From: an uncultured virus (IMG/VR IMGVR_UViG_3300021400_005359)
Taxonomy: Duplodnaviria > Heunggongvirae > Uroviricota > Caudoviricetes
Reading direction: 5' to 3' (one strand)
IMG/VR virus record: IMGVR_UViG_3300021400_005359
DNA: 64,000 bases
Shown piece by piece: positions 59,030 through 64,000 of the stretch (the stretch's first letter is position 1; the number at the start of each line of letters is the position of its first letter). Both the position numbers and the translations under genes were made by a program. Under the pieces are notes generated by a model, which saw nothing but the letters and a program-made list of their open reading frames with translations, was not told the origin of the DNA and did not search any database.

Positions 59030-59860
59030 ATGAATAAATTTGATGAACAAAAAGTTTTAAGAACCGAAGCATTTCTTGACACTTTAAAGCTTTTAGAAAA
59101 AGAAGACATAAAGAAAAAGTTAGAAAATTCAAGAACAAAGCTTTATAGAGAAGACAAAGAAATAGAAATAGAAAAGCAAAATAGAAGAGGAGAAATCTTA
59201 GTTTTAAAAACATCCACCCTAAATGCTTCTAAAAATTTCAAAGATAAAGTATGCATATTAAACTTTGCATCTGCAACAAATCCAGGTGGTGGAGTTAAGA
59301 ATGGTTCAAATGCTCAAGAAGAATCAATTTGCAGAGTAACATCTCTATATAAAGAACTTTCAACTCAATTTCTTTTTGACAATTTCTATATGTATCACAG
59401 AGAAAGAAAGAACACTTTATATACAAACAGAATAATCTATTCAGAAAATGTATTAGTTTTAAAAGAGGATTTTGCTCCATACAACGCTTTTAGTGAAGAT
59501 AGTCAAAGATTTATTAATGTAATTACATCTCCAGCCCCAAATATTAGAAATTTACAAGGAATAAAAGAAGAAGAGCTATTAGATATTCTAACTTCAAGAA
59601 TTATAAGAATATTAGAAGTCGCAATAGAAAATAAAAATACAAACATAGTTTTGGGAGCTTTTGGATGCGGAGCTTTTGGCAATCCTCCTAAAATCGTAGC
59701 AAAAGCTTTTAAAAACGTTTTGTTTGATAAAAATTATAGAAGATATTTTGATACAATCATATTTGCAATTCTTGATAGTAAAAATACAAATAATTTTGAA
59801 ATTTTCGAGTCAATACTTAGAGACCCACAGCTTATAGATTGTAGACCAGAAATTTTATAA
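59030..59860 (+). CDS. TIGR02452 / DUF2263 bacterial PARG-like macrodomain protein
   Basis: LNFASATNPGGG..NG..AQEES, LGAFGCGAFGNPP. Confidence 0.9.
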   Translation: MNKFDEQKVLRTEAFLDTLKLLEKEDIKKKLENSRTKLYREDKEIEIEKQNRRGEILVLKTSTLNASKNFKDKVCILNFASATNPGGGVKNGSNAQEESICRVTSLYKELSTQFLFDNFYMYHRERKNTLYTNRIIYSENVLVLKEDFAPYNAFSEDSQRFINVITSPAPNIRNLQGIKEEELLDILTSRIIRILEVAIENKNTNIVLGAFGCGAFGNPPKIVAKAFKNVLFDKNYRRYFDTIIFAILDSKNTNNFEIFESILRDPQLIDCRPEIL

Positions 59861-59866
59861 GGACTA

Positions 59867-59994
59867 ACTGTTAAGTAATCAAAAACATAGAAATATGTAG
59901 TCAAACATACTCAAAAGTGGACACAATTAAGCCTTTTGAGTATGGACTTAACAGTAGGTTTCGAGCCCGAATTTGAGCATATTTGTATACAAAT
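59867..59994 (+). ncRNA. Candidate structured RNA or IS-end remnant (three-way junction)
   Basis: Perfect stems ACTGTTAAGT/ACTTAACAGT and CATACTCAAAAG/CTTTTGAGTATG, ACATA-GAAA-TATGT hairpin, downstream palindrome ATTTGTATACAAAT. Confidence 0.5.
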
Positions 59995-60019
59995 GACATT
60001 GTTTTATAAGGAGATTTTT

Positions 60020-60280
60020 ATGTTTAAAATAGTTTTATTAACAATTCTAGCTGCAACTTCAATTAATTTGCAAGTTCCAAAAGAAAATAAAGTCATAATA
60101 GAAAAAAAAGACCCTGCAGTTTTTACTTTTAGAGATGATGGTTTTACTATCAAAGCTCCAGAACATATAGACGATAAAATAATTATAAAACCAAAATATA
60201 ATTTTGATTATGACTACGATTTAAAAGAAAACGAATATAAATTTATTTTATTGAGCAATGAAAAAATTTACGATTTGTAA
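60020..60280 (+). CDS. Small exported hypothetical protein
   Basis: Start reassigned to ATG 60020 after AAGGAG; hydrophobic N-terminus. Confidence 0.6.
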   Translation: MFKIVLLTILAATSINLQVPKENKVIIEKKDPAVFTFRDDGFTIKAPEHIDDKIIIKPKYNFDYDYDLKENEYKFILLSNEKIYDL

Positions 60281-60387
60281 TAGAAAGAGGGTATTTCCCT
60301 CTTTCTATTTTTGTCATAAAAAGTTTTAAATGAATTAAAAGATTTAAAAGAAAATATAATATCTTATAAAGATATATCCTTTTAGAG

Positions 60388-60588
60388 GTGATTAATATGA
60401 CAAATTTAAAAAATATGATTAAATATTCGCTTGACAATGAAGTTGGAGGAGCAAATGCTCAAACAATCTTCATAATTGGAGCAAGCTGTGCAGTTATTGT
60501 TGTAGCTTACGGTATAAGAACAAGAGTATATAACTGGATTAAAATGGTTGAAAAAAGAGAATCTCTAACTCTTAATAAAGCAGAATAA
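60388..60588 (+). CDS. Flp-like type IVb pilin 1
   Basis: Leader ..SLDNEVG|GANAQ followed by a hydrophobic helix. Confidence 0.65.
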   Translation: MINMTNLKNMIKYSLDNEVGGANAQTIFIIGASCAVIVVAYGIRTRVYNWIKMVEKRESLTLNKAE

Positions 60589-60593
60589 AGGAG

Positions 60594-60809
60594 TTGATAT
60601 ATATGAAATTAATAAAACATTGTTTAAATAATGAAAATGGAGGACCTCATTTAGATGCTATTATAGCTCTAACAGTAGGATTCATTATCACATCTGGAAT
60701 ATGGGCTGTTGGAAGAATGATTTGGTTCTTATATTACGATACTCCAAAAGCACCAGTTATTGATAGAGTTGGTGAAGGTGCTCAATCTGTAATCGTTGGA
60801 ACACAGTAA
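60594..60809 (+). CDS. Flp-like type IVb pilin 2
   Basis: Leader ..CLNNENG|GPHLD followed by a hydrophobic helix; probable ATG start at 60603. Confidence 0.65.
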   Translation: MIYMKLIKHCLNNENGGPHLDAIIALTVGFIITSGIWAVGRMIWFLYYDTPKAPVIDRVGEGAQSVIVGTQ

Positions 60810-60827
60810 TAAGGAGGGATAAATAAA

Positions 60828-61028
60828 ATGAATTTAAAAAATAAAATATTATATTCTTTAGATAATGAAAATGGTGGACCATCACTTGAAGTTTTATTCT
60901 TATGTATAGTGTCCCTCGGAGCATTTGCAGCTGTTTTAACCTTAATAAAACCAAGAGTCCACGAATTAAACAGAAAAACTATCAATTTCCTAGCAAAAGG
61001 AAATGGTTTTCAAAATACTGGAGCATAA
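60828..61028 (+). CDS. Flp-like type IVb pilin 3
   Basis: Leader ..SLDNENG|GPSLE with canonical Glu+5, followed by a hydrophobic helix. Confidence 0.72.
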   Translation: MNLKNKILYSLDNENGGPSLEVLFLCIVSLGAFAAVLTLIKPRVHELNRKTINFLAKGNGFQNTGA

Positions 61029-61063
61029 AAATAAGAGGGTTTAAAACCCTCTTATTTTTTTCA

Positions 61064-61870
61064 TTACTTTTGAGTATTAAAATACTTATTAATAAAAGTA
61101 TTAATTGAATCCATATCTTCTCCCATTTCTGAAGAAGTATCAATACTTCCTTCTGGAAGGAAAAGATAATTTTTGTTTTCATCAATAATAAGATTTCCAT
61201 CTTTATCTCTTTGAACAGGTTCTTGTTCAAAGTCACCAGTAATAATTCCAAACATATCAGTAGCTGAATATTTATAGTAATAGTCAGTACCCCTAATATC
61301 ATTAACTATTGGATTGTATTCAATAATAAAGTTACCAACAAGTTTTGTTACTGATTCTCCAAGAGTAAATCTTTCATTGTCAATACCTTCTGCTGTCTGA
61401 TAAATATATTCAAGTTCCATTGATTGTCCTTGAATATATAAAGCATAAGACTTAAGCATATTAGTATAAAGTTCTTCATAGTCAGCATTTTTATCACTAG
61501 GAGCATTATTTTCCATTCTAGAAATAATTTCTCCTTCAGCAACAATTATATTAGAAAGTTCTTTCTTTTCTGCTTCAGAATAAGAAGAATAATCTCTAGA
61601 AATTTTTGCTGTATTATCAAAAGCTACCATATTTTCAATAAATGCATCATTTTGTTCTATTAAAAATCTCCCATATTCATTTTCATAATTATAATCATAA
61701 AAATAAATAGTAAAACCAGTAGTATAGTTAAAATACTTGTAGATGGCAAGTAAAAGTAAGAAAATAGTAACAATTACAAGACATATAATTCCTAAAACTT
61801 TTAAAATTTTTTTAGTTTTAGAAGGTTTCTTTTCTTTAACTTTTAGCTCTTTAGTTAGTTTATTACTCAT
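61064..61870 (-). CDS. Single-pass membrane protein with helical ectodomain
   Basis: Basic N-terminus, TM, GGAGG RBS. Confidence 0.7.
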   Translation of the reverse strand: MSNKLTKELKVKEKKPSKTKKILKVLGIICLVIVTIFLLLLAIYKYFNYTTGFTIYFYDYNYENEYGRFLIEQNDAFIENMVAFDNTAKISRDYSSYSEAEKKELSNIIVAEGEIISRMENNAPSDKNADYEELYTNMLKSYALYIQGQSMELEYIYQTAEGIDNERFTLGESVTKLVGNFIIEYNPIVNDIRGTDYYYKYSATDMFGIITGDFEQEPVQRDKDGNLIIDENKNYLFLPEGSIDTSSEMGEDMDSINTFINKYFNTQK

Positions 61871-61881
61871 AAAAAACCTCC

Positions 61882-62739
61882 TTACTCAACTTTTTCAACA
61901 AGACCATATTGTCCAAGTATTTCAACAGAATCTTCATAATTTAAAGGAAGTACAGTCATTTTAATGTAATTTAAATTATCTCCTGAACCAAAAGCATCTC
62001 CATTTAATCTACTTAAATCAACAAGCCAATTCCAATCATTTGAATAAACAAGAACTAAGAATCTATCACCATAATCATTTAAAATATCACATTGAATTTT
62101 ATCCTGACATAACCATTTCAAAGAATTCCAAGCTCTATCAAAAACTTCTGTATCTGAAAATACTTCACTGTACCAAATAGCATTATCAACACCAATAAGA
62201 CCATCTTTATACATATGATAAGTAAATTTCCAAGCATTTGAAGCAGTTTTTACGTTTTCTTTTGTTAAAGTCTTAGGAACTGTAATTGTTAAAGTTTTAT
62301 TTCCATCAATTTTTTCTCCATTAGAATCAACATAATCGCCTCTTTCAATTGTAGCAACATCTTCTAATGCAAGATATTTTTCACTTGTAGTATTTTCTGA
62401 AATATTCAAAGTAGTATCTAAAAGATTTTCATTATCTTCTTCTTTAACAAGGTCTTGATTCATAAGTCCTTCATAATAATAAGTAATAACATTTTCATTT
62501 ACTCCATATGAAAAGATAGAACCAAGAGATAAATACTGAAGTCCAAGAGCCTCTAAATAAGTAACTCCCCCTTCAGGTTCTTTATATCCGTAAAGCCTAT
62601 TTATAGTATCTTGATTAAAAGAAATGTCTGATATTGTATCTTTCTGGAATCCTAAAAATACTACTAAAAATAAGACTATTAAAGACAATATAGAATATTT
62701 AAAATTAGAATCCTTTAAAGATTTTAAAAAACTTTTCAC
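61882..62739 (-). CDS. Membrane-anchored exported protein
   Basis: GTG start after GAGG; N-terminal TM; acidic ectodomain. Confidence 0.7.
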   Translation of the reverse strand: MKSFLKSLKDSNFKYSILSLIVLFLVVFLGFQKDTISDISFNQDTINRLYGYKEPEGGVTYLEALGLQYLSLGSIFSYGVNENVITYYYEGLMNQDLVKEEDNENLLDTTLNISENTTSEKYLALEDVATIERGDYVDSNGEKIDGNKTLTITVPKTLTKENVKTASNAWKFTYHMYKDGLIGVDNAIWYSEVFSDTEVFDRAWNSLKWLCQDKIQCDILNDYGDRFLVLVYSNDWNWLVDLSRLNGDAFGSGDNLNYIKMTVLPLNYEDSVEILGQYGLVEKVE

Positions 62740-62862
62740 TAAAATAACCTCTTTTCTTTTTGAATTTTTTTATAATAATCTATATATTATATAAAGAATA
62801 CTACAAAAAAAGAACATTTAAAATAAAAAATTTGCTTAACTAAAAAAGAAAGGATTTTTTAT

Positions 62863-64000
62863 ATGGATTATTTCAATAATACGTTAAAAACAGACTTCAA
62901 AGAAGTCACTTTTGATTTTCCTATAAAAGAAGTAGTTCTCTATAAAGGAATGTACATTGTACTTATATCCCCTTTAGATAACCTTGAGTATCCATTAAAT
63001 GTATATGGAGTAAATAATCAAGGAGATATAATGTGGAAAATTAAGTCTTTTAATGGAGAACAAATAATCTTTGATAAAATAGAAATAAATATTTCTAATG
63101 GAAAATTATATTTAAAGGATATGAATCACTTTAAATATGTTGTAGATGCAGAAACAGGAGAAATCTTGTCAGGTAAAATCAGACCTTTAGAAGAAGATTC
63201 TTTTCAAGAGGATAAAAAATCTCCTATAAGTAAAGTAAAATCTGCAGCAACTTCATCAAAAAATATGATTGATAAAGCATCTTCATTTAACCCTAAAACA
63301 ATTCTCATAATTTCTTTTATAATAATTGTATTTTTGTTATTTAAATTAATGGGAAAAAGTATTGAGATAAACTCTCTTAATAAAAAGAACACAGAACTTT
63401 CAAATCAAATAACAGCCTATGAAGAAGCTTTAGTTTTACAGGAACAAAAACTTAAAACTTATGAAGATTTAATTCTTAATTTAAGAGAAAATTCATCTGG
63501 TCTACAATCTTCTCAAACTCAAAATGGAGTAACAATTATAGATAGTAACCAAACACAAGAAACTCAAGAAGCACAAGAGACACAAGAAACTACTCCTACA
63601 AGAGAAAAGCAAGTAAATAGCGGAGTTTCAACAGTAATTGATGTAATTGATTCAATTATTGGAAATGTTTCATCTGGAACTCCTACAACAATAGAAGATG
63701 TAAACAAACCTAAATATCAAGAAGGTTACGCAGTAGAAAGTATTATAGATGGACAGAGAATGACTATTTCAGATGGTGTGGAGACAATTAATGTTAAACT
63801 TATAAGTGTTTCAGAATGTAAAAAAGAAACATTAGAAGCATTATTCCCTGTTGGAAGTCAAGTATTTGTAGAAACTGATTCTAAAAAGTACGACGAAGAT
63901 GGATATCTTCTTGCTTATGTTTGGTCAACAGAACCAAATCCAAATAATATGAATACTATGGCAAATTACGTAATATTGAAAAACGGTTATGGAAAATTTG
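62863..64000 (+). CDS. Multidomain membrane protein with a C-terminal degenerate thermonuclease (SNase-like) domain; truncated by the window
   Basis: Not in the ORF track. AAAGGA RBS, ATG 62863; beta-rich N-domain, TM (ILIISFIIIVFLLF), coiled coil, QET linker, then IIDGQRM..VKLISV..DEDGYLLAYVW..N..ILKNGYG. Confidence 0.75.
   Translation, partial: MDYFNNTLKTDFKEVTFDFPIKEVVLYKGMYIVLISPLDNLEYPLNVYGVNNQGDIMWKIKSFNGEQIIFDKIEINISNGKLYLKDMNHFKYVVDAETGEILSGKIRPLEEDSFQEDKKSPISKVKSAATSSKNMIDKASSFNPKTILIISFIIIVFLLFKLMGKSIEINSLNKKNTELSNQITAYEEALVLQEQKLKTYEDLILNLRENSSGLQSSQTQNGVTIIDSNQTQETQEAQETQETTPTREKQVNSGVSTVIDVIDSIIGNVSSGTPTTIEDVNKPKYQEGYAVESIIDGQRMTISDGVETINVKLISVSECKKETLEALFPVGSQVFVETDSKKYDEDGYLLAYVWSTEPNPNNMNTMANYVILKNGYGKF

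Noticed and set aside
59936..60019. N-terminal extension of ORF 59936..60280
   Set aside because: Overlaps the structured element; the AAGGAG RBS points to ATG 60020
2482..63392. Numerous 60-140-aa antisense or out-of-frame ORFs in the track (e.g. 9809, 20873, 40881, 46945, 57257, 60982, 63204)
   Set aside because: Shadow ORFs overlapping well-supported genes, with biased Phe/Ser/Leu/Ile composition and no RBS
63550..63592. Short CAAGAA-type tandem repeats
   Set aside because: Encode a QET/QEA low-complexity linker inside the last CDS
1..64000. Jumbo phage or prophage assignment
   Set aside because: Several genes are phage-like, but no terminase, capsid, portal, tail or integrase is recognisable, while conjugation and pilus genes are present; not fully excluded from one window
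1..64000. Alternative genetic code (stop-codon reassignment)
   Set aside because: Long conserved genes read intact in the standard bacterial code; only one isolated in-frame read-through candidate (16819) was seen

Overview
AT-rich window that looks like part of a giant extrachromosomal element, probably a conjugative megaplasmid, of a low-GC Firmicute (Clostridia-like). I recognise no capsid, terminase or tail genes, and no rRNA, tRNA or CRISPR array. Positions 1-14.3 kb hold a co-oriented minus-strand cluster joining a Tad/Flp pilus machine (two TadZ/CpaE-like proteins, CpaB, CpaF, TadB, TadC, two TadE-like pseudopilins) to a Gram-positive T4SS (VirB2-like pilin, PrgI, VirB4). The rest is a mosaic of single-gene units with their own terminators and divergent housekeeping homologues. 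These include a CCA-adding enzyme, unlinked type IIA topoisomerase subunits, a sporulation-type sigma factor, ClpX, PIN-PhoH, IscU, SleB, SLH/surface proteins, a Replic_Relax protein, a split Mre11-Rad50, HerA, UDG, TraX, LemA, PcfJ, a TIGR02452 PARG-like protein and three tandem Flp pilins. The most striking content is non-coding: (i) a ~920-nt highly structured GOLLD/ROOL-like RNA with its own promoter and terminator (26.9-27.8 kb), next to an uncharacterised polymerase-palm-like ORF; (ii) a protein-less HEARO/IscB omega-RNA mini-transposon inserted between an RBS and its start codon inside the split Rad50 operon; (iii) two further structured intergenic RNA candidates at 24.3 kb and 59.9 kb. 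All family calls come from motif recognition by eye, not database searches.
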